Counted from the stretch's first letter, positions 41,395-52,388 are shown. The stretch: DNA of 64,000 nt from Thermodesulfovibrionales bacterium (GCA_026415695.1 JAOAGP010000064.1:368-64367); one strand, 5' to 3'. The notes: generated from the letters alone by a model not told the origin. Made by a program: numbers and translations.

Positions 41395-42276
41395 ATGAAC
41401 GGTAAAAAAAATCTAAAATTGGGTTTGCCGAAAGGCAGTTTGCAGGAATCAACCTTAAGACTTTTTCGCAAGGCAGGATACCTTATCAGTGTATCTGAAA
41501 GGTCATATTATCCTTTATTTGACGACAATGAGATAGTATCCATGCTCATTAGGGCACAGGAGATGGCAAGATATGTGCAAGACGGGCATTTAGATTGCGG
41601 TCTTACTGGTTATGACTGGATACTTGAGCAAGACGCATCAGTTGTTGAGATATGCGAATTGATATATGGAAAAGGAGGGTTTAGACCTGTAAAATGGGTA
41701 GTGGCAGTGCCAAATGACTCACCGATAAAAACACTTAATGATCTAAACGGTAAAAGGATAGCAACGGAATTAGTGGGTTTTACAAGGAGATTTCTAAAAT
41801 CAAAAGGGATTAAGGCACAAGTTGACTTTTCTTGGGGTGCTACAGAGGTAAAACCCCCTTATCTTGCAGATGCTATCGTTGAACTCACTGAGACAGGGTC
41901 TTCATTAAGGGCAAATAACTTAAGGATTGTTGAGACGGTAATTGAATCAACAACAAGATTTATTGCAAACAAAAAATCTTGGCAGGATAAATGGAAAAGG
42001 ATGAAGATGGAAAACATCGCCATGCTGCTTCAAGGGGCACTCAATGCAGAATCCAAGGTCGGCTTAAAGATGAATGTCCCCGAGACATCATTTAAAAAGG
42101 TCTTAAGCCTGCTAAGTGCAATGCACTCTCCTACAGTGTCTCCTTTGAGCGATAAAGGGTGGTATGCAATAGAGGTGGTTATAAACGAAGGATTGGCAAG
42201 GGATATAATACCAAAACTGAAAAACGCAGGAGCATCAGGTATTGTTGAATACCCCTTAACAAAGGTTATCCCATAG
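41395..42276 (+). CDS. hisG: ATP phosphoribosyltransferase (long form)
   Basis: [13 protein letters not shown]-terminus, the [10 protein letters not shown] region and a C-terminal regulatory domain. ATG at 41395 follows AAGGAG; the ORF-track TTG is at 41392. Confidence 0.9.
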   Translation: MNGKKNLKLGLPKGSLQESTLRLFRKAGYLISVSERSYYPLFDDNEIVSMLIRAQEMARYVQDGHLDCGLTGYDWILEQDASVVEICELIYGKGGFRPVKWVVAVPNDSPIKTLNDLNGKRIATELVGFTRRFLKSKGIKAQVDFSWGATEVKPPYLADAIVELTETGSSLRANNLRIVETVIESTTRFIANKKSWQDKWKRMKMENIAMLLQGALNAESKVGLKMNVPETSFKKVLSLLSAMHSPTVSPLSDKGWYAIEVVINEGLARDIIPKLKNAGASGIVEYPLTKVIP

Positions 42277-42333
42277 TTAAGATATTCTGCCCAGCTAACT
42301 TTAAGGTTGGGCAGGATAAAACTATCTTTAAGG

Positions 42334-43074
42334 ATGGTTGCTGACAGCCAAAGATACCACATCACATTACCTATCTTTCAAGGACCGCTTGACCTGTTGT
42401 TACATCTCATTAGAGAAAATAAGATAGACATCTACGACATTCCAATATCCATAATTACTAAACAATACCTTGACTACATTGAGATCATGAAGGAACTCAA
42501 TCTTGAGATTGCAGCAGAATTTATCGCAATGGCAGCCACCTTGATTTATATAAAATCAAGGATGCTATTACCGGTTGAAAATACAGATACTACTATATTA
42601 GAAGGTGAAGATCCCAGAGCAGATTTAGTAAACCAACTACTTCAGTATCAAGCATATAAAGAGGCTTCAATCACAATGAGACAAAGAGAGGAGATATGGT
42701 CAAATATCTTCTATAGGGTGTATAAAGACAACAATGAGTATCAAATACTTGAACCAGAACCCCTGCTTTTTGACATCAATGTCTTTGATTTACTGACCTC
42801 ACTTAAGAAGTTAATCGCAAAGGCACCACCTGATTCTATGGTAGTAACCCGAGAAACCCTTACGGTGAAGGATAAAATCAACCATCTATTAGACATTATT
42901 CATGAGAAAAATGTTGTTGAATTTGAGGCTCTTTTTGATGCAGATGCAAGCAAGATTGATATAATCATAACCTTTTTAGCACTTTTAGAGATTATGAGAC
43001 TACACATAGTGATAGCATATCAGGACAATCTCTGGGGAAGGATTTGGATTAAAAAACATGACTATCCGCATTGA
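42334..43074 (+). CDS. scpA: Segregation and condensation protein A
   Basis: LPIFQGPLDLLLHLIRENKIDIYDIPIS signature. ATG at 42334 preferred over the TTG at 42307. Confidence 0.85.
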   Translation: MVADSQRYHITLPIFQGPLDLLLHLIRENKIDIYDIPISIITKQYLDYIEIMKELNLEIAAEFIAMAATLIYIKSRMLLPVENTDTTILEGEDPRADLVNQLLQYQAYKEASITMRQREEIWSNIFYRVYKDNNEYQILEPEPLLFDINVFDLLTSLKKLIAKAPPDSMVVTRETLTVKDKINHLLDIIHEKNVVEFEALFDADASKIDIIITFLALLEIMRLHIVIAYQDNLWGRIWIKKHDYPH

Positions 43075-44740
43075 CAAGATTGATTTCGTTAGCAACCTGT
43101 CTCATGAAATGGCTATCCATTCCGTTAAGGGCAATATTGTTGATATTATTAACAAAAGGACTTACAAGGGTGAATTGATTATAAACAATGGGCTGATTGA
43201 AGACATAAAGGAATATGATGTTGAGACTAACCTTTACATAATACCACCATTTATTGACTCACATGTCCACATAGAGAGTTCTATGCTCGTGCCATCTGAG
43301 TTTGCAAGAGCCTCCATTAAACACGGAGTAATTGCATGCGTTTCTGATCCCCATGAGATTGCAAATGTATTGGGTGTTGAAGGCGTTGTGTATATGATCA
43401 ATCAAGGTAGTGGCTTACCATTTAGGTTCTTCTTTGGTGCCCCTTCATGCGTCCCAGCAACCCCCTTTGAAACATCAGGAGCAGTAATTGATGATAAAGA
43501 GATTGAGCAATTGCTTGGTAATAAAGACATACACTATCTCAGCGAGGTAATGAACTTCCCGGGTGTTATCAATGGGGAAAAGACTATCATCTCAAAGATA
43601 AACATAGCAAAGAGACACAATAAAAAGATAGACGGTCATGCCCCTTTATTAAGCCGTGCAGATTTAGACAAGTATCTCTCATATGGTATTGATACTGACC
43701 ACGAGACAACAAGTTATCAAGAAGGCAGAGAGAAGTTACAAAAAGGGATGAAATTGTTAATCAGAGAGGGCTCTGCGGCAAAAAATCTTGATGAGCTTGC
43801 CCCTTTAATAAATGAATTCCCAGACAAGTGCATGTTTTGTAGTGATGACATACATCCTGACTACCTAATCAACGGGCATATAAACATAATATTAAAAAGG
43901 TTGATAAATGCTGGTTATGACCTCTACAAGATACTAAGATGTGCCTGCCTAAACCCCTCAAAACATTATGGTATTGATATAGGCTTACTACAAAAAGGTC
44001 AAAGGGCAGATCTCTTAATCGTTGACAATCTCAATGATTTAAATATCATTAGCACCATCGTAAAAGGTTCTGTAGTTGCAACAAGCAAAGACTGTTTCAT
44101 TGAGCAAAAGGGGGTAAGTATTATCAATAAATTTAACACAGGCGAAAAAGTGGTTTCTGATTTTTCTGTAAAGTATCAAGGCGGTAAGATAAGGGTTATT
44201 GAGGCAATTGATGGTCAGATACTAACAAACGAGTTGATATTAGAACCGAAGGTTGAAAATAACCTTGTAGTCCAAGATATCTCAAGGGACATCCTAAAGA
44301 TTGCAGTTATAAACAGGTATCAGGACTGTAAACCTGCAATAGGTTTTATCAGAGGTTTTAGCCTTCAATCAGGTGCAATAGTATCATCAATAGCCCACGA
44401 CTCGCACAATATAGTTGTAGTTGGGACAAACGACAAAGATATGACAAAGGCGGTAAACTCAATAATAAAACACAAAGGGGGGATTTGTATCTGTCAAGAT
44501 GGTGATTTAGACATACTACCACTACCCGTTGCAGGGATAATGTCCGATAAAGACGCTTGGTATGTGGCAAAGTGTTATGACAGGCTTGATAAAAAGGCAA
44601 AAAAATTAGGTTGTAGCCTTTCAGCACCATTTATGACACTATCATTTATGGCACTTTTGGTTATCCCTACAATAAAAATAGGCGATAAGGGGCTTTTTGA
44701 TGTAAGAAGATTTGAAGTGATACCGCTCTTTGTTACTTAA
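43058..44740 (+). CDS. ade: Adenine deaminase
   Basis: Amidohydrolase FIDSHVHIESS metal motif; about 550 aa Ade architecture. The true start may be the internal MAIHS (43109). Confidence 0.88.
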   Translation: MTIRIDKIDFVSNLSHEMAIHSVKGNIVDIINKRTYKGELIINNGLIEDIKEYDVETNLYIIPPFIDSHVHIESSMLVPSEFARASIKHGVIACVSDPHEIANVLGVEGVVYMINQGSGLPFRFFFGAPSCVPATPFETSGAVIDDKEIEQLLGNKDIHYLSEVMNFPGVINGEKTIISKINIAKRHNKKIDGHAPLLSRADLDKYLSYGIDTDHETTSYQEGREKLQKGMKLLIREGSAAKNLDELAPLINEFPDKCMFCSDDIHPDYLINGHINIILKRLINAGYDLYKILRCACLNPSKHYGIDIGLLQKGQRADLLIVDNLNDLNIISTIVKGSVVATSKDCFIEQKGVSIINKFNTGEKVVSDFSVKYQGGKIRVIEAIDGQILTNELILEPKVENNLVVQDISRDILKIAVINRYQDCKPAIGFIRGFSLQSGAIVSSIAHDSHNIVVVGTNDKDMTKAVNSIIKHKGGICICQDGDLDILPLPVAGIMSDKDAWYVAKCYDRLDKKAKKLGCSLSAPFMTLSFMALLVIPTIKIGDKGLFDVRRFEVIPLFVT

Positions 44741-45559
44741 TCACTGCCTTTTTGTATCACCCGTAAAGGCATCAAGATTTAACGGTATTACAAAAAAACC
44801 ATCAGTCTTCTTAAACCTTCTTAAACTGATATCCAACACAGACAGATACTGAAAATCCCTATTTGCCAGTATCTCCATAGTTAGATTTGAGGTATTACTC
44901 ACCATACCCTTTATAACGGCTTGTATTCCAACACCATCTAATGTGAAGGATTTTATCTCAACTACATCCTTGCTTATCTTACCAACTCCTCTTATTATTT
45001 GAAACATATCAAGTGGCACAGGGATATCGTTTAGGCTCCATTTGTCAAACTTACAGTCTTGGATTTCTAAATTCCAGTTGCCCTGTCCTTTTTGCATCCT
45101 TAAATCTAAATCAAGTATGCCCCTACCAATAATACCGTATTGTTTTAATAACCCTAAATCAGCGATATCTAATCCATTTACTTTAATCAAGACATCATCA
45201 CTATGATGACCTATGTTAAAATGCCCAGAAACATTGCCACTGCCACATCTTGCATCAAGATTAACCATTGGTTGCAATCTGACGATTGACAAAAAGGACG
45301 GATATAGATGAGTGTAGTTTAAGGTGATGAGATGCCTTTGCCCATCTTCAGCCTTTTTGGTTATCTCAACATCCTTAATCTTTAGATTGTAAAAAAAACC
45401 TTTTTCTAAAGAAACATAGGTTATCTCATATCCACTCTTTTTGAAAGTCCTTGAAAGGAGATTTTCAATAAGGTCGTTTGTAACTGCTATGTGCCAAAAA
45501 CCAAACATCAAGACAAAAAACAAAGCAAGGATAAATAGAGTGACCTTAACATACTTCAT
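44741..45559 (-). CDS. gspN: Type II secretion system protein N-like
   Basis: Single N-terminal TM helix; size and position after gspM. Weak motif-level support only. Confidence 0.6.
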   Translation of the reverse strand: MKYVKVTLFILALFFVLMFGFWHIAVTNDLIENLLSRTFKKSGYEITYVSLEKGFFYNLKIKDVEITKKAEDGQRHLITLNYTHLYPSFLSIVRLQPMVNLDARCGSGNVSGHFNIGHHSDDVLIKVNGLDIADLGLLKQYGIIGRGILDLDLRMQKGQGNWNLEIQDCKFDKWSLNDIPVPLDMFQIIRGVGKISKDVVEIKSFTLDGVGIQAVIKGMVSNTSNLTMEILANRDFQYLSVLDISLRRFKKTDGFFVIPLNLDAFTGDTKRQ

Positions 45560-46110
45560 TTTTTTGAGTAATATGCCATACTTAATTGCAGATTGAGATT
45601 CTCTGGATTTTCAAAAGACCTCTTAATACTCATAGACTTTATAGATACAAGCATCGGCATCTTTTCTATCCTAAAAAGTATGTTTACAACCTCATTTATG
45701 GTGAGACCTTCAGCGACTATGTCAATACTCTCTTCAAGATAGTCAATCTTTAGGTCTTTTGTATTTGTCACCTTTGCTGATTTCAGTTTCTTTGATAATC
45801 CTAATTCATCAAACACCCTTTGGGTTGCCTTCAAGACACCTTCCCCTTTTGACAGTGTTGCCCTCTTTTCAAGTGAATCAACAGATACCTTTAGCACCTC
45901 ATATTGTTTTGAAAGGTTTTGATATTCATTGATTCTTGTCTTTAGTGTTGTCACATCCTTATTGTAAGTAAAGTATGTAAAAAGCAAAACCACCAGTATA
46001 ACCAGAGATGATACAAAAAGGGACGAAAAAAGCCTTTCTTGAAGGTATATCTTCCTGCATACACTTACAACATCAACTAACTTTTGTTTTAGGGTTGAGG
46101 TATTAATCAT
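45556..46110 (-). CDS. gspM: Type II secretion system protein M-like
   Basis: 184 aa with one TM helix then a coiled-coil/ferredoxin-like periplasmic part. 4-nt overlaps with both neighbours. Confidence 0.65.
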   Translation of the reverse strand: MINTSTLKQKLVDVVSVCRKIYLQERLFSSLFVSSLVILVVLLFTYFTYNKDVTTLKTRINEYQNLSKQYEVLKVSVDSLEKRATLSKGEGVLKATQRVFDELGLSKKLKSAKVTNTKDLKIDYLEESIDIVAEGLTINEVVNILFRIEKMPMLVSIKSMSIKRSFENPENLNLQLSMAYYSKK

Positions 46111-47138
46111 ATCTTTATAGTTGCGTTAAAAAGATACCTCCCTTCAACCTGATTTATGTCAGATACAACTACATTCCTTGCCCACTTCATATTTGTCTTA
46201 AACCTCTCAATATCATCCACCTTTTGAGCCTCGCCTTTTAATCTCACAACATCCTTGTCCATACTAATCTCTTGAAGTATTATGCCCTGTATCTTTAATT
46301 CTGATATGTTTTTTAAAATTAAAAGTGCATCTACACCCCTAATCGCATCATACTTATCCTGTAATACCTTTACCTTTGACCTTAATTGATAGACCTCATC
46401 AGTTATCTTTGTCTCTTGAGGGAATAAGGTTTTGTAATGCCTACTGATAGATGCCTTTATCTCTGATGTAATGACCGAGTTTGAATAAATCTTAAATGAA
46501 ACCCAGAGGATGATTAGAAAAATCACAACAAAACCCGCCCTGAAAAAAGGTTTTATTATTGACATCGTTATCTGCTCACCGGTAATGTCTCTATCCTTAA
46601 GTTGTATCGTGGGGGAGAGTATCTCTTTCTTAAAAAACTCAATCCTATCATCTACAGTAAGTTGAGATAAAATACCGATATTTGAAGCATCACTCATACC
46701 ATCCATTATCCTTCTTCTAATGTCTATTGATGTGATAGTTTGTGGGATGATACCCCTCAGTCTTAAGGGTTGTAATATGCTATAGAGTTCATTTTTGTCT
46801 ATGTATGCAACAAATGTATCTTCGTCTTTATATCTGACTATATCAAAAATAAGGTCTTGTCTTTTAACCATAATCTTACCTTCTAACTCAAAAGGAACAA
46901 CCTGCCTAATCTTCTGGGTATCAAGGTTTGGCAATCTTATGATCCTTAAATCCAGTATATCTATTGAAAGGTTGATGTAAAACACATCCACTGATTTGAT
47001 ATCCTCGCTATCAAGATTAGTTTCAGAAACAAATTCAATGTCCTTACCTTTTTTGTTGAATAGATACACATCGTATTGGTAAGTGTTGAGACCATCATTA
47101 ATTACTTTACTTACATCCACAAATGCAATCCTTGACAA
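46107..47138 (-). CDS. gspL: Type II secretion system protein L-like (cytoplasmic actin-like domain, TM helix, periplasmic domain)
   Basis: 343 aa with a central TM helix (FFRAGFVVIFLIILWVSF). Position between gspK and gspM. Confidence 0.65.
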   Translation of the reverse strand: MSRIAFVDVSKVINDGLNTYQYDVYLFNKKGKDIEFVSETNLDSEDIKSVDVFYINLSIDILDLRIIRLPNLDTQKIRQVVPFELEGKIMVKRQDLIFDIVRYKDEDTFVAYIDKNELYSILQPLRLRGIIPQTITSIDIRRRIMDGMSDASNIGILSQLTVDDRIEFFKKEILSPTIQLKDRDITGEQITMSIIKPFFRAGFVVIFLIILWVSFKIYSNSVITSEIKASISRHYKTLFPQETKITDEVYQLRSKVKVLQDKYDAIRGVDALLILKNISELKIQGIILQEISMDKDVVRLKGEAQKVDDIERFKTNMKWARNVVVSDINQVEGRYLFNATIKI

Positions 47139-48059
47139 CTACATCTCCCTCCAGTATTTGACCATCTGCCCCTTACCTACTAATTCAACAACTGCCTCAA
47201 TTATCCTCTTTACACCATTTTTTTCGGCAGATGAGATAATCCTCAAGTTTTTTACCTTTACAGCAATCTTTCCTAACATAGACTGACCTAAAGCACCCTC
47301 AAAACCAGAAACCTTTAGGATATCCGTTGTATTTTTAAAAGGCTCAAGACTTCTGTAGTCTACTATCCTTTGTGCAAGTTCCTTTGTTATTCTCTCATCA
47401 ATTGTCATTATAACAGGTATAGAGGCAGAATTGATATTTACAACCGATGAGTCTCGTCTGTCATAACCATATACGGTGATATAGTTTTTCATCAACTCAA
47501 TATCAGAGGACTTTAGGCATGAAATCTGATAAATCTCTTCCACTGCATCAAGGTATGTGTTTTTTGCATCAACCTCTGCACCGCTTATCCTCTCCTCCTT
47601 ATCCCTATCCATCCAGTCTATTATACAATCCGCTATCTTGGTCTCTAAACCTAAATGAGAAAGCAACCTTTTAAATGCCTCATAAGTGGCTGGGTTGTAT
47701 TGACCATTTTGATAAACGAGGGAATTGATATTAAACCTCCCGTTTTCATCATATGCAGTCATAATAAGATTTCCATCAAAATGCTCTGTCACCTTCTGGA
47801 TTGGCGTGCTAATCTCACCTGTAGGAGATAGACTATAAATATCGCCAGTTTCAGATAGTAACCTTGCTGACAGCACCAGCCCTGAGCGAGCAATAGGGGT
47901 AAGTATCTGTAATTGTCTTGTATAGGCTATTGAATGCGTTGTCACATATACATCGTAAGTAAAATCAGCCAACAATCCAATAACCACTGCCAAGACCAAC
48001 AAGACTGCTACTAAAATATTACCTGTTGAATTCTCTAAATACCTTATCACCATTGACAT
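47139..48059 (-). CDS. gspK: Type II secretion minor pseudopilin K
   Basis: Hydrophobic N-terminus without Glu5, GRFNINSL, DWMDRD and VNINSAS motifs, and a C-terminal HhH-like region (IVDYRSLEPFKNTTDILKVSG). Confidence 0.8.
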   Translation of the reverse strand: MSMVIRYLENSTGNILVAVLLVLAVVIGLLADFTYDVYVTTHSIAYTRQLQILTPIARSGLVLSARLLSETGDIYSLSPTGEISTPIQKVTEHFDGNLIMTAYDENGRFNINSLVYQNGQYNPATYEAFKRLLSHLGLETKIADCIIDWMDRDKEERISGAEVDAKNTYLDAVEEIYQISCLKSSDIELMKNYITVYGYDRRDSSVVNINSASIPVIMTIDERITKELAQRIVDYRSLEPFKNTTDILKVSGFEGALGQSMLGKIAVKVKNLRIISSAEKNGVKRIIEAVVELVGKGQMVKYWREM

Positions 48060-48061
48060 CT

Positions 48062-48655
48062 TTATAGTGGTCTATTTGTCCTCAAGACTGCCCTATCTGA
48101 TACAGAAACCACTTGTCCTTCGCCTGTTTTTACTTGTAATTCAATCCTTATCTCTCTTGGCAGTGTCTTCCTTGAGTTGCTATCCCATATCTTTAAACCT
48201 TCTTGACCTTCATATGCCAATACAGAAAACGAGTATATCTCATCCAATACGGTTTCCCATCTTGCCTTTTCAGGACTTGACCAAACAGGATATACCCTTT
48301 TTAAGAGTCTCAATCTCTTGTCTATTTCATCAGCCCTGTAGTGTATGACAAAAAGACCAACTGATGTAGCATTCATCCCAACAAATCGTATGTCTCCTTG
48401 AGGGCGTCCAAAATAGTCCTTCTGTATTAATGCAAATGTCATATACTCATCTTGAGCATTAAAAACGGTTGATTCAATCTCCCGCCTCATTGCATCTACA
48501 ACGATGCTAACCTCCCTATAACTTGAAAGGTATTTATCGCTATCTGACATCACCATTATTGACGATGATAAGGTTGCATACAATGTGATAATGATAATAG
48601 ATGAGATGGCAACTGCTATCAAGACCTCAAGTAAGGTTAGTCCCTTGCTGTTCAT
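48062..48655 (-). CDS. gspJ: Type II secretion minor pseudopilin J
   Basis: Prepilin-type N-terminus MNSKGLTLLEVLIAVAI; size and order. Confidence 0.75.
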   Translation of the reverse strand: MNSKGLTLLEVLIAVAISSIIIITLYATLSSSIMVMSDSDKYLSSYREVSIVVDAMRREIESTVFNAQDEYMTFALIQKDYFGRPQGDIRFVGMNATSVGLFVIHYRADEIDKRLRLLKRVYPVWSSPEKARWETVLDEIYSFSVLAYEGQEGLKIWDSNSRKTLPREIRIELQVKTGEGQVVSVSDRAVLRTNRPL

Positions 48656-48658
48656 AGC

Positions 48659-49006
48659 CTAATTAGACCCTTTCCATAAAATCAATTCAGTAATGACTAC
48701 CTCATCACCAGCACCCTTGACCTTCACGGTGAGTTCCTTTATTTCAGGATAATCAGAGTCCTTTATCTCTGTTTGATAGGTTACCCATTTAAATGGCTCG
48801 GGGAATTCTCCTTTTTCTGCCTGTTTATTTGCTTTTAATGTCTCTAATTTATCCTTTGCAAGACTTGTCAGTAAAAGAGAGTTTTTATATCTATTAAGTG
48901 TATCAAGGTGGTAGTTCATTGATGTTATAATGACCATCAAAAGACCTGATACTATTGCCAAGGATACCATCACCTCAATCAGTGTAAAACCCCTTTTAGT
49001 CATCAA
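48659..49006 (-). CDS. gspI: Type II secretion minor pseudopilin I
   Basis: Prepilin-type N-terminus KRGFTLIEVMVSLAI; 115 aa. Confidence 0.75.
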   Translation of the reverse strand: MMTKRGFTLIEVMVSLAIVSGLLMVIITSMNYHLDTLNRYKNSLLLTSLAKDKLETLKANKQAEKGEFPEPFKWVTYQTEIKDSDYPEIKELTVKVKGAGDEVVITELILWKGSN

Positions 49007-49427
49007 TCCTAACCTTTCCTGTTATACCGTTGAGTTTGATACTATGGGATGAAACGCCATCAGACAGCAAAAATGTTAGTGTTTCGTATGCTGGCGGTCT
49101 AAACTCAATCACCAATTCACCCTCTTTCATCTCGCCCCTTGAGGACAAGATCACCGACACAAGCGAGTTTATCTGAAAATCCTTCTTATCACCCTGACAA
49201 TCGTATGACAATCTCTTTTCTGAAAAGACTATCTTCAACAGACAGGTCTGCTTCTTGGTTAAAGAGGTATCAAAGACATACCTTAAGACATTAGATACCA
49301 TCCTCACATCAGACCTCAAGGATGTATCCTTTGAAAGCAAGGGGAAAACAGTCAGTGTGATGATTGAAAGTATAAACAAAACAACTATTATCTCAAGAAG
49401 TGTAAATCCATTTTTTGTGTTGTTCAT
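48996..49427 (-). CDS. gspH: Type II secretion minor pseudopilin H
   Basis: Prepilin-type N-terminus MNNTKNGFTLLEIIVVLFI. Start refined to 49427 because the ORF-track extension to 49616 would run into the divergent MFS gene. Confidence 0.7.
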   Translation of the reverse strand: MNNTKNGFTLLEIIVVLFILSIITLTVFPLLSKDTSLRSDVRMVSNVLRYVFDTSLTKKQTCLLKIVFSEKRLSYDCQGDKKDFQINSLVSVILSSRGEMKEGELVIEFRPPAYETLTFLLSDGVSSHSIKLNGITGKVRIDD

Positions 49428-49495
49428 TTGTCTAATTAGTTTAACAGATTTCATGTTTTTATAAGTTATTGCGATTTGAGTTATGATATTATCCG

Positions 49496-50728
49496 ATGAA
49501 TCAAACCCAAAATACCTCCTTTCACTATGCATTGATAATAGTGCCAGTGTGCACCTTATGTATCTTTGCATGTTTAGGATTTGCCCGCTTTGTTGTAGGG
49601 ATGTTACTGCCATCAATGTCTAATGCCCTCAACCTCTCCTATATCCAGATGGGTGTCTTTAGCACAGCCAACTTCGTTGGATACTTACTGACTGTGCTCT
49701 TTGCTGGAAGGATCATCAGTGTATTGGACTTTAGACTATCAATCTTTGTGGGATTGATGACCTCCGGATTAACTATGCTCATCATAAGCAAGATGAGTGA
49801 TCTATACACCCTAACAGCCTTGTATTCCCTTACTGGTATAGGTAGTGGGATTACAAATATCTCTGTGATGGGATTGGTCACAAGGTGGTTTGATAAGACA
49901 AAAAGGGGGGTTGCATCAGGGTTTGTGGTCATTGGTAGCGGATTTTCCATACTTATTGCAGGCATATTGGTACCTTTCATAAATCAACACTACGGTGTTG
50001 ATGGATGGCGCATTAGTTGGGCAATATCATCAGCCATTGTGCTATTTGTTGCCTTTGTATCATTGCTTTTGGTAAGAAACAATCCTCAAGTTCTTGGACT
50101 ATTACCCTTTGGTGAAAGCCCAACAAAAACTCATAACACCCCAACACACAAAGAACCACAATCAGAATACATGATAAAAAGGATAACACTTCATCTTGGC
50201 ATAATTTATTTTATCTTCGGATTTACATATGTAATCTATGTAACCTTTATCGTAACAGCCCTGATTAAGGAATTTGGTTTTTCAGAAGGCATAGCAGGGG
50301 AGTTTTGGTCATGGGTCGGTATCTCAAGCCTGTTGTCTGGTCCCTTATTCGGTTTTCTGTCAGACAAGATTGGCAGAAAAAAAGGCATCATGCTTGTCTT
50401 CTTCATTCAGATGTTTTCGTATCTCATCGTTTCGCTTAATCTTGGATATCAATGGTTGTATGTGTCAATAATATGCTTTGGGATAACTGCATGGAGCATA
50501 CCCTCAATAATGGCTGCAACAGTAGGAGACTTCTTTGGTTCTTTAAGAAGCCCTTCAATATTTGGTTATATAACTTTCATCTTCGGCATCGGGCAGGTAT
50601 TAGGACCGCTCATTGGCGGCTTGATAGCAGAATGGACTGGTGGTTTTTCAACTACATTCCTTGTATCTGCAATGGTTGTCTTTGTTGGTATCATTATAAC
50701 TTCTACCTTAAGACAACCGCAGACCTGA
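49496..50728 (+). CDS. MFS transporter (YbfB/YjiJ-like)
   Basis: 410 aa with 12 predicted TM helices in a 6+6 arrangement and a central hydrophilic loop. Confidence 0.85.
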   Translation: MNQTQNTSFHYALIIVPVCTLCIFACLGFARFVVGMLLPSMSNALNLSYIQMGVFSTANFVGYLLTVLFAGRIISVLDFRLSIFVGLMTSGLTMLIISKMSDLYTLTALYSLTGIGSGITNISVMGLVTRWFDKTKRGVASGFVVIGSGFSILIAGILVPFINQHYGVDGWRISWAISSAIVLFVAFVSLLLVRNNPQVLGLLPFGESPTKTHNTPTHKEPQSEYMIKRITLHLGIIYFIFGFTYVIYVTFIVTALIKEFGFSEGIAGEFWSWVGISSLLSGPLFGFLSDKIGRKKGIMLVFFIQMFSYLIVSLNLGYQWLYVSIICFGITAWSIPSIMAATVGDFFGSLRSPSIFGYITFIFGIGQVLGPLIGGLIAEWTGGFSTTFLVSAMVVFVGIIITSTLRQPQT

Positions 50729-50730
50729 TG

Positions 50731-52305
50731 CTAATCTTTATGCCATCTGTTTAGATTATCAAAAAGGCTTATACCTATATTCCCATCAATCCTTATGTTT
50801 TTGTGTGTTGCTACCACTCCCTGTATCTCAAACAGAAATATACAACCCTGCTCTCTTGCAAGAATAAAGTGTAGTTCCTGATAAATCTTCTGTCGCCTCG
50901 TCTTATCTATGGTATGAGCCCCATTATCAAGCAACCTGTCAACCTCATCGTTTTTGTAATGTAAAAAATTCCAACCTCCCTTCTTTGCCTCCCTTGAATG
51001 CCAAAGTTGTGAGACATCGGGATCAAACAGATACATCCTTGATAACAAAACCGACTGAAACGCCCCATCCTCAATTATCCTGTGTCTAAAGGTCTGCCAT
51101 TCATATAACCTTATCCCTACCTCAATCCCAATCTCCTTTAGGTCTTGCTGAATCAATTGCGCCACCTTAAGATTATCCTTATTTTCGTAGTTTGTAGTTA
51201 TGTCAAAACCAAAGGCTATACCATCTTTGATAAGTCTGCCTTCTCTGTCTTTATAAAAACCGATGTCATTTAATAAACTCAATGCCTTTTCTTTATCGTA
51301 ATCATAAGTTGGTGCATGGCTGTTTGAATACCATGCATTTGATGGATACGGGCCGTTAGACAACCTTGCCAAATCTTGATACACAACCTGAAGTATCCTT
51401 TTTTTGTTTATTGCATGACTCAATGCCTTTCTAAACCTTGTATCTTTAAAGACATCATCCCTTAGATTAAGTCCTAAAAACACCCATCGGCTCGGTCCCA
51501 ATCTATAAAGATTGTATTTACCATCAGTAATCAATGTGTTGTACTGATTAATAGTCAACTCAATGGCATCAACATTACCCTTTTTAAACTCAAATGTCTG
51601 GGTTGTCTCATCAGGGATTATTCTAATCAAAAGCCTTTTGTAACTTGGTTTCTGACCATAAAAATGCTCGTTTCTTATTAGATAGATGCCCTGACCACTT
51701 ATCCATTCATGTATCTTAAATGGACCGTTACCAATTAATTGCCCAATCGTCTCTGATGTAGTAAAATCCATTGCACTATAGATGTGTTTTGGTAAGATTC
51801 CGATTGTCCAACTCTCAAGCACTGAACCGTATGGCTTTTTATATCTGACCAACACCGTAAATGGATCTATCGCCTTTATCTCTTTGACTGTATCAAACCT
51901 CTGTGAATATGCAGATGTGCTTTCCTTTGAAGTCAATAGACCACAAGTAAAGACCACATCCTCTGCAGTAAAAGGCTTCATATCATGCCAAAGGACATCC
52001 CTTCTTAAATGGAAAACTACTTCCTTTCCACCATCCCTAATCTGCCAATGAGTTGCTAAATCCCCTTCAATGATAAGGTCATCCTTAAGTCTTGTTAGTC
52101 CACGAAATATAAGACTACTTACATGATGTGAGATGCTGTCTGATACATACAAGGGATTTAACCTCTTTGGCTCAACAGAGACTGCCACTATTAAAGTGTC
52201 TTTATCATTCTTTGATTTATTGTGAGACATCTCACAATCACACAACGAGAGAACTACAATGATAAGGATTGCTATGAAGAAAACATCTTTCACTTTATGA
52301 AACAT
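50731..52305 (-). CDS. ABC transporter substrate-binding protein, family 5 (peptide/nickel type)
   Basis: Signal peptide with lipobox-like LSLCDC; family-5 SBP length and motifs (LNPLYVSD, GNGPFK). Confidence 0.88.
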   Translation of the reverse strand: MFHKVKDVFFIAILIIVVLSLCDCEMSHNKSKNDKDTLIVAVSVEPKRLNPLYVSDSISHHVSSLIFRGLTRLKDDLIIEGDLATHWQIRDGGKEVVFHLRRDVLWHDMKPFTAEDVVFTCGLLTSKESTSAYSQRFDTVKEIKAIDPFTVLVRYKKPYGSVLESWTIGILPKHIYSAMDFTTSETIGQLIGNGPFKIHEWISGQGIYLIRNEHFYGQKPSYKRLLIRIIPDETTQTFEFKKGNVDAIELTINQYNTLITDGKYNLYRLGPSRWVFLGLNLRDDVFKDTRFRKALSHAINKKRILQVVYQDLARLSNGPYPSNAWYSNSHAPTYDYDKEKALSLLNDIGFYKDREGRLIKDGIAFGFDITTNYENKDNLKVAQLIQQDLKEIGIEVGIRLYEWQTFRHRIIEDGAFQSVLLSRMYLFDPDVSQLWHSREAKKGGWNFLHYKNDEVDRLLDNGAHTIDKTRRQKIYQELHFILAREQGCIFLFEIQGVVATHKNIRIDGNIGISLFDNLNRWHKD

Positions 52306-52388
52306 ATTTTTGATTATAACACTAAAAATGTAGTGTTTGGGTCATAAGACTTTGAATTAAACTGTCAAATATGATATGATAACATCCT

